NCBI RefSeq assembly: GCF_009914755.1
Contig: NC_060928.1
DNA length: 64,000 nucleotides
Strand: one strand, 5' to 3'
Origin: the human T2T-CHM13v2.0 reference genome, Homo sapiens
Shown here: piece after piece, positions 1 to 15,239 of the stretch
How the letters are laid out: each line of letters begins with the position of its first letter
How positions within the stretch are numbered: position 1 is the stretch's first letter
The notes under the pieces: model-generated
Database searches by the model: none
The model's input: the letters and a program-made list of their open reading frames with translations, nothing else
Told to the model about the DNA's origin: nothing
Position numbers and translations under genes: made by a program

Positions 1-1249
1 TTTTCAAATCTGGTAAATTGTTTCTGCCTTTCCATAGAGTTAGAATTAGAAGGCAGCTATCCAAAGGGCTATATCCAATGTGTGTACCTTTCTTCATATT
101 CTGTTGATTTTTGGAAGAACAGACTCTACTTAGACCTCATGAAATATTATTTTAGTGACTATTTTCATGGTGGAATGCTCAGTAACTTTTACCAGGCCAA
201 AAACTTCCGGGAATAAAAAGAGGTTTTAAATTTTAGTAACATTGGCCAGTATATCAGCTTTAGAGGAATGGAATTACATTGTTATAGATGGGTTAAATCA
301 CTACCCAACCCCCAATTGATTATTAAATTTTCAACAGGAAATTTGATTCCTACTGAAAAATAAAGAAAATGTCTTCAAGGTAGAATGAAAGCCCATGATT
401 GAATCTAATGGATACGTGTGTTTGACAAATTAAATTAGTATCTGATTATTCAAGTTTTTACTCGCTTTTATTCCTTCTGTTCTATGGTTTAGAGAACATG
501 GTGGTGGACCAGTAGTCTCAGGACCTTTTTCTGTTCCTGGTCTGCCACTGCCTTTCTGCATAATACAAGGCAAATCATTGTCATGTGGTTATGGTTCCTT
601 CATGCAAAGTGCAGTGAGTAACCCATCTTCTTAGCCACCTACTAGAAATGCTCTAAGAATTTTTGGATAATACCTGAAAAATACCTTGATACTTCCAGTA
701 AGCCATTAAGAAGTTACTTAATTTCTGAATCTCAGTTTTTTGTACAAGATAGAATTTGCACCTCTCATCTCCTACTTTTTTCTAGGAATATAAGTAAAGC
801 AATTTGAAATCCCCCAGGATTAACCGCATAAATTTAAGGTATTATCTCCCTTGCAGGTAATTGTTGTATGTAATTTATCTTTATGTGCAACACTTTCTCA
901 CCAGTGGTTGCTGTGACTGCAGAACACTTTCAGACTAAAGCTAATACTAATATCTGGTAATCAACAGATTAGTTGATTAGTACTTACGTTAACTCTTCTT
1001 ACTAAATTTAAGTAACTGATGGACCATGCTTTTTTTTTTTTTTCTTTAAGCCGATCAAAATGGTAAGAACAGTTGCAGGTGTGACCTCTAATATGTTGCT
1101 TTTCCAGGCTTATGTGTATCATTGAATGTGATAACATTGTAACTAGGACCATGATTATTGTTTAGTCAAATAAACCAGCCATTATTTAAGGACACAAGGT
1201 TAGTTGACATGGTAATTTTAGAGATGTATCACATACGTAGGTGAGTTTA

Positions 1250-2290
1250 CATGGAAGGCCAGGGAATATATCTCCTACAGAATAACATTAAATTGAGACC
1301 TAAAAGAGGAAAAGGAATTTGCTAGGTGAAGAATCAGGGAAGCATTCCAGGCAGGCATGTGTGAAGGTCCAGAGGTGAGAAAGAGGTAGGCCCATTTGAG
1401 AAACAGAAATAAGGCTACAGTAGCTGGACCATGTGAACAGGGGGAGAGTTCTGAGGTGGATAGGACCCAGATAACTCAAGGTCTTTTATGTTATGCTAAA
1501 TATTAGCATTTTATTGAGTGTGCACTAAGGAAACATTGCAGAAGGGTTTTAAGCAAGGAAGTGATAAGACCAAATTTGTATTTTAGAAAAGATTCCTTTG
1601 GCTGCTGGATGGAGACAGTGTCCCAAGAGGGCAAAGACAGAAGTGTGGGGGCTGTTGCCAAGATTCAACTGAGAGATGATTTTGGGTTGGACAAGAGTGG
1701 GGACAAAAAAGATGGAGACAAATGTGTTGAATTGATGGGTGGATGTATGGATGGGGATGGCTGCTTCTGGATTTCTGTTATGAGCAATTTAGGGGATCAT
1801 GTACCATTTTGTAAGATGGGGAACAGTGGAGGAAGAGTGGTGGGGGATGATAGGAGTTTAGCCTTTTGTATATATTGAATTTGAAGCACCTGTGAGATAC
1901 CGCAGTAGAACTCTGAAGCCGGTAGTTGACTATACAAGCAGGAACTAAGAAGGAAGGACAGGGATGGAGATATAAATCTGGGAGTCCTAGGCATATAGCT
2001 AGCATTTAAAGCCATAGGAATGGATGATATTGCCCAGGGTCAAAGAATGGAGTGAGAAGAGGACTCGATTGGACTCTGCAAGTGCCAACATTTGGAGATT
2101 AACAAAGTGCAGTCATAGAAGTAGGAGGAAAACTGGGAAGAGGGTGAAGCCTCTGAGGCCGAGAAGAGGGCTTTTAATAAGGAGCTAGCAATTGACAGTG
2201 CTGAATGCTGCCTTGAAGTCTGGTAAGATGAGGATTAAATAGTAGCTACTGGATTTGGCAAAAAGAAGGTGATTGGTAACTTTTGTTAAC
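1250..2290 (-). mobile_element. L2 LINE fragment
   Basis: Reverse L2 motifs agcattccaggcagg, ggtttttaagcaaggaagtgataagaccaaatttgtattttagaaa, ggagatataaatctgggagtc. Confidence 0.7.
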
Positions 2291-3419
2291 AATGTGGGTG
2301 TCATGGTTAGTTGGGAATAAGAGTGCCCAAGAGAAAACTATCATTATGAGAAGTTAGGAAGAGACTTTGAGGTGATGCTGGAAAACGTTTAGCCTTTCCC
2401 TCTATGTGCTCCACTTCACTTAACTAATTAAAACATTTGGAATTATTATAGATGTTTTAGAACTAGAAAGGATCTTAGAGAAAATTTAGTTCAATAGGCT
2501 AGAGGAACCATGAAGAAGTTAAATGATTTCCTCGAGGTAACCTTGGTAGGAGTTGGAATAACTAGGACAAGGATCCACGTGTTCTGACTTTCCCAAGGCT
2601 GTGCTCATCCCAAAAGAGTGTGCTTGAGGTTGACTCCCTCTGCAGAGGAAAAGGAATTTAGGTAGGGAGATGGATGAGAACTAGGAGAAGCACCTGGAAG
2701 AACAGGAAGTGGAAAGACCTGAAAGGAATAAAAGGTGTTGAAAGAGCTTACAGAGAGGTGAGAGGGAAAGAAGACATAAGACTGGCCGCAGCATTTGAAT
2801 GACCCCTGGTAGTAAGTGGGAAGACAGATGTCCCAGCTAGAACATTGTCATATTTTGGAGCAGTTTATGGAACTAAGGGTGGTGGATTTCAATTTGTCAT
2901 TCTGTATCTCTAAGACAAACATTTCCAGAGAATCCTGAGCCCATTTTTCCCTTCTCAATAATTACTAACTTGAAAGGATTAATCGTTATTATTCTTTTGG
3001 CTGTTTTTTCCAGACAGTGGAGGATGGGAGGGATGGGTGGAGGACTGGTACCATGATAGTGGAAAAATGGGAAAGGAAGGCTTATATATCCAGGGGCACT
3101 AGGAGTCCTAGTCTCTATACGTCATTAATTGCCTATTTGACTTTAGTTAGATCACTGGTAAATGAAGAGGCTGAACCGGTTAAAGTGATTTTTAGGCCAC
3201 TTTAAAAGTGTGATTATGTGCTGCTGTGTCAATGAATGTCGTCCCTCTTTTTCCTGGGTGCATGTGGAAAACCACAGTATTGAAGATTCTGGGATTCTAG
3301 GTTAACAGAAGTCTCTCATAGCATTTTTCCTAGTTCTGGGTGATTGTTATAGCCCTATGGTATTATCTACATCTCATTTACCTACATATGTGTATATGAA
3401 GGAAGGGAATAATGTGAAC

Positions 3420-3637
3420 TTTAATATTTATATTTTATAACAAATATAAATTAATATTTAATATATTAAATATTTACATCAATATTTTATATAAGATATA
3501 ATATTTAAAAATATGTTCATCTACTAATACAATATAAGATATATAACCATATGTAATATTTTGCATATATGATATATAATTATGATAATAGATTAACATA
3601 TATTAAAATATATAATATTTATATATTATATTAAATA
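3420..3637. repeat. AT-rich low-complexity/(TA)n-derived tract
   Basis: Almost exclusively A/T with atat motifs. Confidence 0.8.
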
Positions 3638-4609
3638 GTTGATACCTGATTAGCCATGAGTGTATTGACTATATTGCAGATTACCTGTCTATAGCAACCA
3701 AGGACCCTTCATCCTATTGCCCAGCCAGGGCTTAGGCCACTGCAAAAAGAGAAGCCATAATAGAGTCAGAGATGGACAATGTGGTTGGAATGAGAGTGTG
3801 AACGTGTGCATTTATGTGTCTCTCTAAGCTGCCTCTCTGGCTGCAATTGCAAATCCAGTTATCAATGACCACTGAATTAGCTATTGTTTTTTTATCTTCC
3901 AACCCTACTTCCCATTCAGTTGTGCAAATGGTGACCAAAGAGAAATGTTGGAAACTGTCAGTTCTCTGTGTTTGGCTCACAGGTGGATTTTGTCTGACAG
4001 CATGTGTACTGCATATTACAATGCAGTAGCCCGTGTGGGGTGGTTCTGGGTGTCGGGATAAGTGGAGGGTTCATGTCTTCCCGTTGGGTGGCTTCTGCTC
4101 ACTCTGAGCACTGTTCTGCCTAGTGCTGGACTTCCTAGGCCTTTTGGCTCTATTCTGTCTCGTTGGAGCAAGTACAAGGACTTACAGACCTGTTTCCTGC
4201 AGATTGGCAGTGAGCCATTGAAAGCTCTGGGGGAAACTTTGCCCAAATCAGGGTGGAGATTGCCAAGCCCTTGCTTCTGGACAGAGTTAGGGAAGATTGA
4301 GGTTATGGAAGGTGCTGCCTTTGTTGAAGAGCTCAACTCTGTAGGATGGCTAAAACTGCCGATTAAGGGACAAGTTAAGAATAGGTCTGAGGTTGACTCT
4401 TTTGCCCTCCTCTAGGTGAATGTTCTGGAGAACAAAGAGTGTTCACAAGTTAGTTATTATCAGGGCTGGAGGTGGGTGGGAATGAGAAAAAACTGTGCTC
4501 TGTTTTTTTCTCCTTTGAAAAGGGAAGGGAGAAATAGGATCAACATTTATGCAGCACCTTTGTGTACCAGACACAGTGGGAGACTATGTTTAATTCAGAA
4601 TGTGCATTA

Positions 4610-4745
4610 AATAAATATATATTTATATATAATCTCTCTATAAAGATTATATAGAGATAGATATATAGATATTTGTATAGGTAAATTTATATCTATATAG
4701 ATATAATTATATAGATATAGATACATTTTGTATCTATAGATATGA
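4610..4745. repeat. Degenerate (TA)n/(TAGA)n simple repeat
   Basis: Repeated atatagat/atctatag units. Confidence 0.75.
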
Positions 4746-5863
4746 AAGATTTTGCTAGAGCAAAGTTAACATTATTTTGGAGAATCAACTTTGAAGATTG
4801 AAAAGCTCTTCAGGAACTGCAGTTTACATAGGGTAACCTGATTTCTAATTTTGTTAATTCCTTAAGGTAGATTCCTGAAGTAACTTTAAGGGGAAATTCT
4901 TGTTTTTCTAGCTAAGATCTTTTCAAATAATTGATGATCACTGAACATAATAAAGTTGTATTTCTATAAACATATTCACTAATTCAGACTTTATAGAGTG
5001 CCAGTCAGTTTTTGCCTTTACTATCAGCCATTAATAATGGAAACTTCAAAGGAAGCTTAACTTCAGTATGTGGTCTTAGGCGCCTCACCTTCATCTAAGA
5101 CTATAATTAATAGAACTGTTTTATTAAAAATGAGCTCTTGGAAGACAGATGCATACGTTTGCTGAGCTAAAGGACAGGAGTCTAGCTAACAATCATAAGC
5201 TTGTGTCTCCTTTGAGACCTTTTATTCTGTAGCTCTTAGTTCTTGCCTAGAGATTGTTATCACTATTATTATCATCATCAAATATTAAATATTAATAGTG
5301 CTGTGCTCAGTGAACATCAAGTAACAAGCTAAGATTTCTTATCAGTCTTGCTTGGGGAACCTCAGGTTGCCTTGAGGATTTCTGGGAGGCTTTCAGTATA
5401 TAAAATTCCCATGCAGTTCAGTGGGAAGAAAAGTATTTCCCTGTTTTTCATCACATTTGTCATTTGCTTGCATGCCTGGTCCTGTGTAATAGGTAGCGTT
5501 AAAATTAAAATAAATTACTTATCAGTATTCAAAATTATCTATACATAAATGACATATGTAATACGTAATTATCTATTAATAAACACATTATTTTTTATGT
5601 AAAAAAATTGCCCTTATCCATATATAAAAATAGAAACCATCCCTTGTTCTGAGTCTGGACCCTCATGCAAAATTTCATAAAGGGCTGGTTTACCCCCTGG
5701 TAACTGCAAAATTATGCTGTGCTTTTTGAAGGGGGTTTTCTTCTCATGAGCTGGTATTTATACCAGTAAATTAGCAATGTTACTTTGCTTGTATCTTATT
5801 AGAGCTGCTTATGGACACTCTTATGGGTTTGAGAATAATAAGCTAACAAATTACTTGTATTTT

Positions 5864-6154
<291 letters not shown>

Positions 6155-8979
6155 TCACTTGTATATTATTAAAGTGTTTAGGATTATACATACTTGTCCA
6201 TTTCTTGTTAAATAAAAGTGTCAACCACACAGTGTCCACTGTGCCTGGACTTGATACTGTAGTTTGGTTTAAGTTTTCTTATGCATATACTTTTAACTGA
6301 GATTTTTTTTTGGTCCAACAAGTAAAGTCTTTGCAGCATCTTTTTATAATCTGTCACTCATCCAGGGTCTCCGCCTCTTCTACATTTTTCTTTTCTTAAT
6401 AAAAAAAAATAAATCTCTTAATTTTGTTCTACCTACATTCCTCTTGGCAATAGCTACAACATGTCTTGGGCATCTTGGCAGAAGACCAGGTTATATTAGA
6501 TAAGCCAGGGAAGGCAGTATTTAACTCATATTTTGGGAATATTGCTGATTAGTTCTGAAAGAAGTATATAAAATGCTGCATGTTGTAGAATCTTTGCTTT
6601 GAACTGGAGAGAACAGAAATTCAGCTGAAAGAGTAAGAGTGTGGCTATAAATCAAATCTGGAACATCCCTCAGTGTTTAATTAGAGATGTATGTAAGAGG
6701 CTGGAGGTAGGGGATGGATGGTGGGAGGTGGGGAAAGGTAGACTTCTGGGTAAAGATTTTACCTGTCCTTTGGTGATCCTTTAGATAGAATACAGTACTG
6801 ACATATCAGGTTAAAAAATTATATACTACCTTATTCCAAAAAGCTTTAGGGTGAAGGGAAAGTAACTGTTGAAAAGTTGGAAGAATGAGGTTGTGTATAA
6901 AATGCACGTCATGAAACTCTATATGCTCACTACGGGTTTGCCTAAAATTTGTCTATTCTCTTGTTAGCAGCCAATGAGGAAGGTGACATAATAAGTTATT
7001 AAATTTATGATATAAATATAGTATGTTTTACAGAACACACCATCAAAGTAGTGATGAAGCACTGTACTAGTCTTGATACTGAGAACAGAGACATATTTCT
7101 CCTGTGGGGTTTTATGAAGAGAACACTTCATACAAAGTTAACTGGTTATAATGTCCTTGGCTTCCTCAAACTGTGGTTTTTGCACCTGTACAATGGGGAT
7201 AGGAGCAGGATTGCATGAGGAGGTAGATATAAAACACCTCGCAGTGCCTGGCATGCTTGTAAGTATTCACTAAATAGTTGCTATCATCTGTATGTACAGT
7301 AAACACAGCAACATGTTTCCCAGGAAGGAGCTAATAGATGTATCTTACATATAGAGGCATATGTTGTTAACCATCCACTCAGCTATAGAATTTGTAGTTT
7401 GGCTGATCTAAAACCCTTTTCTGGCTTGAAGGTTTTCATACTTCAAAGTGTTAAATCATCCTTGGTAGCAAAATGTGTATTTGTGAAAGCCACCTTAATT
7501 TGAATGGCTCCAGAGTTACTAAGTGTAAGTTTTTTGTTTGCCAGAAAACATTGTAGCAACTATGAGAAGTATGAAGTTAGGTTAGAAATATTTCAGGAAT
7601 TGGGATAATTGGATGAGTTAACATCATAGTACTTCCTACTTGCAACTGGGGTGGAGCATGTAAGGATGGGAAGAAACAAGAATCACGTAGTGATCATTTC
7701 TGACATTCAGAGATACCCAGGAAAGCCATGTTTTCTTTCCAGTAGTACTGGCTGTGGTACGGATTGGGAGATATTCCCAAGATATTTAGAGTTTGTTGGG
7801 AACTTGCACCATCTGTCAGAGAAAGGCATGCAGGGTATTTATTTGAACACATGATACTGAAGCCACTGCCAAATCAAGGACTGAATGCTCTTTGACAGCA
7901 CACCTAAATGAACACTGTCAAATGTAGATTCCAGTAGTTTTACTTCATGAAGTTTCAGTAGCAAGAATGTAACATTTATTTTGATAACATTTAAAACGAT
8001 CACTTCTTCCTCATACATTATAGCTCTTAAAATTTTTTCCACTCCTCCTTTTTACATTATCTTTGGAAGCAGTATTTCCTGAGTTTTCTAGTGGAGAATT
8101 TTTTTTTAGCCTAAAAAGTTCTGTATAAGAAGCAGGTTAACTATCCCTGATTCTTTAATGGTCTTACTGTTTTGTAGTCCCTTGCTGGGTTGGAAAGCTT
8201 GTCTGTCAAGTTTCTCCTTTTCATATTACAGGGAAAACAATACTATATCCTCAGCTTTGTGACTCCCCTAAGAACTTGCAGTCATTTTATGAGTTATAAT
8301 TTTAAAAATAGTCATCAGTCTTCATGACATATCCCTTAAACAGGTAAAGAGATTTTAATGAAAATAAATATTGAGATCCACATGTGATGTTCTCATCAAT
8401 CATAGCATATTTTCAACAGTAATGATGCTTCTATTGATCATGATGACAGATATTCTGTGGGGGCAGTGAGAAAGCTTCCATTACAGCTCATTTTACTTTC
8501 GGTGTTTTGGTTACTTGGCACATATAGCTTATTAAGTATTTGATTGTCCCTTTGAGACAGCATGTCTGTATTACCCCATCCACCAAAGCAAGGCTATCTT
8601 GCTCTCTTCTTATAGGCAAGGAAGCTGAAGTGAGAGAGGCTGAGAAGTAACTGATGGAGCAGAAAGCACTGTCCCTGAGCCCCTCAAGGTTTGCTTAACC
8701 ATGGAACTATGTTCCTTGTCCTCTACCTGAACACAAGACAGAAAAGGAAAATTTAGTTACCAATCACATGTGAGAGGAGGAGGATGCTTTAAGTTTTGAA
8801 TTGCTCAGCTCAGTGGCTTGATTTCCTCTGGCAGTTGTTGGAAGGCAATATCTTCCTCATCCAGGGAATATTGTATTTTATTGTGCTGTAAGGATGTCTA
8901 CAAAAAGTTCATTGCCATATGAGTACTAGAGAATGGTAGCTTCGCAGAGGCCATCACTAAGAGTTTTAAAACGTGGTCA

Positions 8980-9170
8980 AGAGTGGTTGCATTAGACAGG
9001 AGTGGGAACAGAGAGTGACTGCAAATGGATATGAGGGATCTTTTTGGATTGGTGGAAATGTTCTAAAATTGGATTATGATGATCGTTGCACAACTCTGTA
9101 AATATACTAAAATCATTGACTGTATCATTAAAATGAGTGGATTTTATTGTTTATAAATTACACCCCAGTA
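8980..9170 (+). mobile_element. L1MB-type 3' end fragment
   Basis: gagtgactgcaaatgg...ggaaatgttctaaaattggattatgatgatcgttgcacaactctgtaaatatactaaaa. Confidence 0.75.
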
Positions 9171-11446
9171 AAGGTGATTTTAAAATGCCTAAAATTTGGC
9201 ATGTCTTGAGAGGAACAACATTTCTGCTTGACCTCTGGGCACCATAGCACTTCACAGTGCAGTGTCAATTCTGAACGCTCCCACACCTGTGTGGAAGTGC
9301 ACAGGGAAAACCAAGAAGGAGGAGTTGGAGGAAATGGGGATAGACAGAATCTGTTGCTGAGAGGATGCCTATCATCACGATGTGAACAAAATGGCACCAC
9401 TTATGTGATAATGACAACTCAAAGTAGGTTCCAAAAAGTCAAGTGCATTTCTCTCCAGGGTTTGATGGCTCACTCTCTGAACTGGCCTAACTCTTTCATT
9501 AGATTGACCATGATGACACTTCCTAGCCAGTAATCTTACCTTAGCATCTTATCCACCCATATAGACTGTCTATTAAATGATTTGATCAAATGTACTATGC
9601 AGATTTGGGTAAATATAATTTAAAAAACCTTTCTATATAACATCATATGGCAATATAGCTTAATTACCATTTTTTGCTTAGCCGCCATATTTAATAAGGT
9701 GAATAGAAAATATTTAATGTGATAGGTTTAAAAAAATTTTTCAACCTCTTAATTTGTGTGTGTTTTCTTGAAAACAACCAAGCATTTCGTGTTTGATTTA
9801 TTGAAGCAATTGGTTGGCTTTGCTCACTTACATTGTTAAGACTTGAGATAAAACTTCAGGACTCCCTCAGTAACTGGAGCACAGGAAACAATTGACACTG
9901 TTTCTTAATTCACATTGTTTCTGAGACATTTCCTACTTCCTAGTATAATATAGCTTTCCCATGAGAACCATTTGCTTGCAAATGGTTACACATGATAGAT
10001 ACACTTCTCACTGGCACACATTCTGTGGGGAGAATTTCACTGTGTTTTGTAGTAGCTGAGTTGCTGCGTGTGTGTTGGGAAGGAGGTCCTGCTTTATGTA
10101 AAGATGCCTCCAACTTCATTCAAGCATCTGATGTCTTCTTTTGAATACTAACCCATTCACTTAGGTTCTGCATTGCTTAGCTGGAATATCTTTCCTGAAG
10201 GAGCATATAATTCTTTGAAGCCTGCCAATTTAAGGAAACACCCCTGCCAATTATGGTGTTTTTAGATATACCCCGTAGGTTACTGTGGAAAGTAGTTCAT
10301 GACAGTTTGTATCATACATACTGTATGTACATGTATTTGCATGTAGGTACGTGATATTGGCTGTGGCATTGCAAAGTTGTCATCAAGGAATAATTCCAGA
10401 AATGGGAAATAAAACCCATAGATGAGAAAATCTAATCTAATTTGCAGTTCAGACAAAAATGTTCACATTATTTCTCAAATGGTAGTTCCTAAAATACAGA
10501 AGTTATGCTGTATTTAAAGTGAAAGTAGAAGGTTTTCAATTTAAAAAATGATGTGGAACTTTGAGTTTCTTTCTTTTTTGTCTTATTAGATTTTGTAAAA
10601 ATAATACCACTTGTCAGTTTTGCAGCTCCTTCCATCTAGAGAGCTGAAAGCATTTCACAATCTTTTTTCCTCATGCCCTTCTCTTCAAGGCAATTTTTGC
10701 TGGGCTCGGTTTATTTTTATCATTGCAACAACCAGTTTTTAGAAACTTTTGGAAATGAAAAAAGAAAAATGAGAATGGCACTGTAGCTGACATTCATTTT
10801 AGCTGTTTCCTAGTGTGAACGTTTGAGTATTTCTAAAATCTTTTCTCCAAGTATGTCTTATTTTTCTCAGTTTGTCCCAGTTCTAAGTCTCTATTTTGCT
10901 GATTAGGTAAAAAAAAAAAAAGTTTTAATGTAAAGCCTTACCCCCAGCAAAATGACTTTTTGAACTTTGATAAATCTTTATTTTTGCAGCGCCAGCAGCT
11001 CCTTTTCCAGCAGGCACTAACCCTACCCAGTATAATCATAGACTCATGTAAGGCTGAAACTGGAGGGCCCTCTAGGGATTACCCAGTTTAAGTCTCTCCT
11101 TCTAGAAATGATGAGAGGCCCAGAGTGGTTAAGAGATACATGCTTAACGTCAGACAACTAATTGATGGCAGAGTATGACAAACATGAAGGATTCCTGATT
11201 TCCAGTTTGATATTCCTTGGTTTTCCTAAACAAAAGTAGTCTATCTGGACAGAATTAGAGTACACTCTCACAGAGTCCTAGTGTCAGCCACTAGCTTGAA
11301 TTATACTGAAGCTAATTGAAAATTGGGAGGAAATTTTATTTTTCTAGAGTTTGCCAAATATAGAATGGTAACGTTGAATTTATAGACATTTTATTCTGAT
11401 CTGTGTATCTTGTGCAATTTGTCTGCAGTAGAGAATGTGGTTTGAA

Positions 11447-11475
11447 CTGACTGGTGATTTGTGTACCTTCCTTAG
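11447..11475 (+). promoter_or_regulatory. Branch point and 3' splice acceptor of the SLC4A4 exon
   Basis: CTGAC (yUnAy-type; A at 11450) ~25 nt upstream of the AG, then a short pyrimidine tract ccttcctt and AG. Confidence 0.7.
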
Positions 11476-11655
11476 GCCACCATACCATTTACATCGGAGT
11501 CCATGTGCCGAAGAGTTACAGGAGAAGGAGACGTCACAAGAGAAAGACAGGGCACAAAGAAAAGAAGGAAAAGGAGAGAATCTCTGAGAACTACTCTGAC
11601 AAATCAGATATTGAAAATGCTGATGAATCCAGCAGCAGCATCCTAAAACCTCTCA
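11476..11655 (+). CDS. SLC4A4: Internal coding exon of SLC4A4/NBCe1 (B/C-type N-terminus), 180 nt, phase 1-1
   Basis: Translates (G)[59 protein letters not shown](I), matching my recollection of NBCe1-B residues ~25-85. Acceptor ccttccttag|G (AG 11474-11475), donor CTCA|gtgagt (GT 11656-11657). Confidence 0.97.
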
Positions 11656-14079
11656 GTGAGTACTCTCTGAGCGTTGGTGCCTCTCTCTGCCTCACTCCCA
11701 CGTCTTTGAGAAGGACACCTTTTTGAATCTTGTGGCTAAAGGGGAGGGACACTGTAATACTGAGATGTTTAGAATCTGTTCTAAAGGATAATGTCTGTGG
11801 AGATGCTTTGCTTGTACCAGCAGGTTAATCTAGGAGGTCATCTGGTAAGATTCTGAGTTGATCAGAAAAGGCCTGACTAAGTTTAGGCATAGCTGTGTAT
11901 TCTACATTTTTATGTGTAATAGGGTAGTATTGCAGATGGTATTTAACTACAGCAATAAACAGTAACTGGAAGACTCTTAAAGAATTTTTTGCATTGTTTA
12001 TGCTTAGAAATAGGTTCTGTTGAGACAGCAGGTGAAGATGAGAGTGTATGTCTATATATTTACATATCTTACCAAATGTCAGCATTACAGGTGACATAAA
12101 ACCAGGTTATGAGTCAGGTCAGTGATTTAAATAGGAATTGTGGAAAATCATCCTGTAAGAGAGATCTGTAGAGTGACACAGTTGTTAAGATGTTGAATGT
12201 ATTAGATGTCATACACTGGATAAAAGTGTTACTAAGAGCAGAATAGCAGGAGGTCAAAGAACACCCTTGAATTCAAGTGATAGGATAGGCTGTGTGTTTA
12301 GATGTATGTTTATGTTGCTTTTTGTTTCTTTAATGTGGAGAATATTTGGCTACATGGGCCAAATATTGTGGCTGAACTGAGAATGAATATGTGCAGTAGA
12401 AACACATGCCAATTTTGGAAGATTCCCCAACAGGAGTTACACAGTGACAGCTTTTCATGTTGGCAGAGCTCTGTACATTCTTCATGTCTTTGCTACAGTT
12501 GCAGAAATATGGACCCTGCAATAAAATGCATTATGGATGGCACAGATAAAGATCGGGTTCAGTCATTGCAGGTGATGACAGGCCAAATTAGAATGAACAG
12601 CTCAAGGGTGTTGAAAAGTGAATTTACAGAGTTAAATTAAAGAGGGTGTGAGGCATAGTGATGTGAATTTTTTATAGTCTCACCGTTGGAACTGAGCAGG
12701 TGGCTTAGGAAGCTAGAGAAGTGCGGTGCTAAGAGGAGAAATACAGGTGGACCATCGAATTAAAGACAGAAGCTTGGAGGGGAGCTTGAGATGGATCATG
12801 AAATCTAAATTAAAAGCATTGAAATAAATTTAAGACTTAGAAGGACCAGAAGGCAGGAGACTCAAGTTATGTACTTTTCACTGAAGTACTGGGGGAAAGT
12901 CTGTCTGAAAGGGATCCTTTACATATCGATTAAGGTAGTGGAGTCTGTTTTGAGAAAAGGCCTTAAAATGCACATAAACATGGCACAGTTAATAGTCTGG
13001 AGGAACAAAAGATAACATTCTTTTCCAAATAAATGACTACCATTTATCTTGATTTACTCTGTATCCATCTGTCAAGGCCTGAGCCAGTGTCAAGTGTTCT
13101 GTCCATTGTGCATGTGATTGTCTACTCTCTCTCTTTCTCTCCTCTCTGTGTCTTTTATAACTTGTCTTTCATTCTTCAGATTAGAACAAGAGTGCATCAT
13201 CACTATTAATGTTAAAAAGTAAAGAGGTGCTCACCTAGACAAATAGGCCCAGGAATTTTGAGATTAAAATTATATATCAGCTTTTGAGAAGGGCAGTGGA
13301 AACAGTGCCAGCAGCACTCAGATAGGTCATAAGGAATGAACAGATCAGGAAGATGCTGAGACCACATGTGTATCAACCATAGAATACTGTTGCATTCTGT
13401 GGCATTTGGGGACCAGTTTGAATACAGCATTTAAAATAAACAAGGCAATCCATTCTCTTTCCCCTCAGAGGTTTCTTCCTGGGGGAATACTGCATTATGT
13501 TGTATACTGGTTTTCTGAAGGGATCCTATGGAGAGACAGTTGTTAAGGACTAAATTGTTCAGTGATCATAAAAAAATTATTTATAAGTATGCATTTTACC
13601 GTTTTGTTCCTGCTGATCAATGTTATACACTAATATGCCTTTGGCATATTTGATATGAGTTATCCAATTTGACATGAAGATTCTCTTAGAAATTGCTGTA
13701 TATCCTCAGCTGCTTTGATGGATTGGTAGTTAATTATTTGGTACAGTTCTGTTTAAAAGTCAGAGTTTTTGCACCTAGATATAGAAAGACATTTAACCCC
13801 ATGATTTTGGGGGAAGCCATAGGGCTCTGGCACCAACATGATGACAAAATTGTTGTGGGAAAACTGAATGAAATACTTGCCTACTATACTATTATTGTCT
13901 CTCAAGAACAGCCACATAACAGTTTCTGTTGTTCTGTGACCTATGGTGTTTGAGTTGCTTATGTCCATAGACATACCACGTCCCATAGACAAGGTTCCCA
14001 CATGTGTCTGGCAGTGCGTGATGTGATGCTTATACTTCTGAGAAAAACAAAAACCAAAAAGCCCACATATAAATAGTAA

Positions 14080-14855
14080 CTTGATGGGAGTCATCTTTGA
14101 TTCTTTCCTTGCTCTCACCCTCATATGCAATCCTTCAATGATTTCTGTTGGTTCAACATTTAAAATAGATCTGAATTTTTCTGTTCTTTTCAGTTTTGCG
14201 GTCACATTTTTGTCCAGGGAATCATCACCTCTTGCATAGACACTGCAGCAGTCTCTGCTTTTTAAGTATTTCTTCATAGAGAGGCACCATTGATCATCAT
14301 AAAGTGTAAATTGGATCATGTCCTTCCTCTGCTGAAAACTTCCCATTGTCCTAAGAATAAAACCTCAGTTGGGCATCATGGCCCAGTGTCTTTCTAGTCC
14401 TGTGATGTGCCATTCTCTCCTTGCTCACTTTACTCCAGATACATTGATATTGGAGTTCCTTGGTGCTAAAACCTTTTCTGCCTCAGGGCCTTTGTTCATG
14501 CAAACTTGTCTTCCTGAAATGGTCAGCCCATTCTTGTCCTGGTTAGTTTTTCTGTTCCTGTATGTTCTGGCTTTTAAATTTTACCTCTTCAGAGAGTCCT
14601 TTCCTTACTACTCTCTCTAGTGCAGATTCCCCTTCATTATTCTTTCCCAACGCCGTATGTTTCCTTCAGAATATATGTTTTAACATGTGATTTTTGAGAG
14701 CTTACAGGTTTGTCTTGAGCTGTTGCTGGATTGTAAACTCCGTGAGAGCAAAGATCAGGTTGTCTTGTTCACTTTGTTATCTTTGGCGCCGCACAATGCC
14801 TGGCACATAGTGTGTTTTTCATACGTGTTTATTGAGGAGTAACTGAATGAATGAA
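14080..14855 (+). mobile_element. L2 LINE 3' portion
   Basis: gagtcatctttgattc, gatcatgtccttcctctgctgaaaac, gattgtaaactccgtgagagcaaaga, caatgcctggcacatag, ending gaatgaatgaa. Confidence 0.8.
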
Positions 14856-15239
14856 TTACTACAGAGAAAGACGTAAGCATTGCTTTAATTGGTCTAAATA
14901 TTTCTTATATCCTAGATAGAGATCCAGCTGATTTTCTTGTTTTTAAGCCTGGAACATCGTATTTATATTTCCCTGCCCTGCCTTTCTCCCTTGGCACATA
15001 AAATCTGGTCTTCGCTTTTAATTATCCCACTTTGGAAAGTGCCTCATTATTTTGTCTATCGCCAAAGTGGGATTTTGGTCTGGGTAGGTAACTCCCAAGT
15101 GTGTGCAGCTGCTTGTTAACCACAGGTGAGGGATGAAACTGAACCGCAAGGCACATTAATTTTTTATATACACTTAAAAATGCTCACTGTTCCACAGAGC
15201 AGGCAGCCCCCCTTCAGAAGCCATATTAAGGTGACATGA

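Noticed and set aside
11454-11726. 90-aa ORF as a standalone gene
   Set aside because: It is the SLC4A4 exon read through its splice sites; only 11476-11655 is coding.
13753-14346. Longest ORF in the track (197 aa, minus)
   Set aside because: Partly overlaps antisense L2 sequence, no recognisable protein similarity or gene context; compatible with chance.
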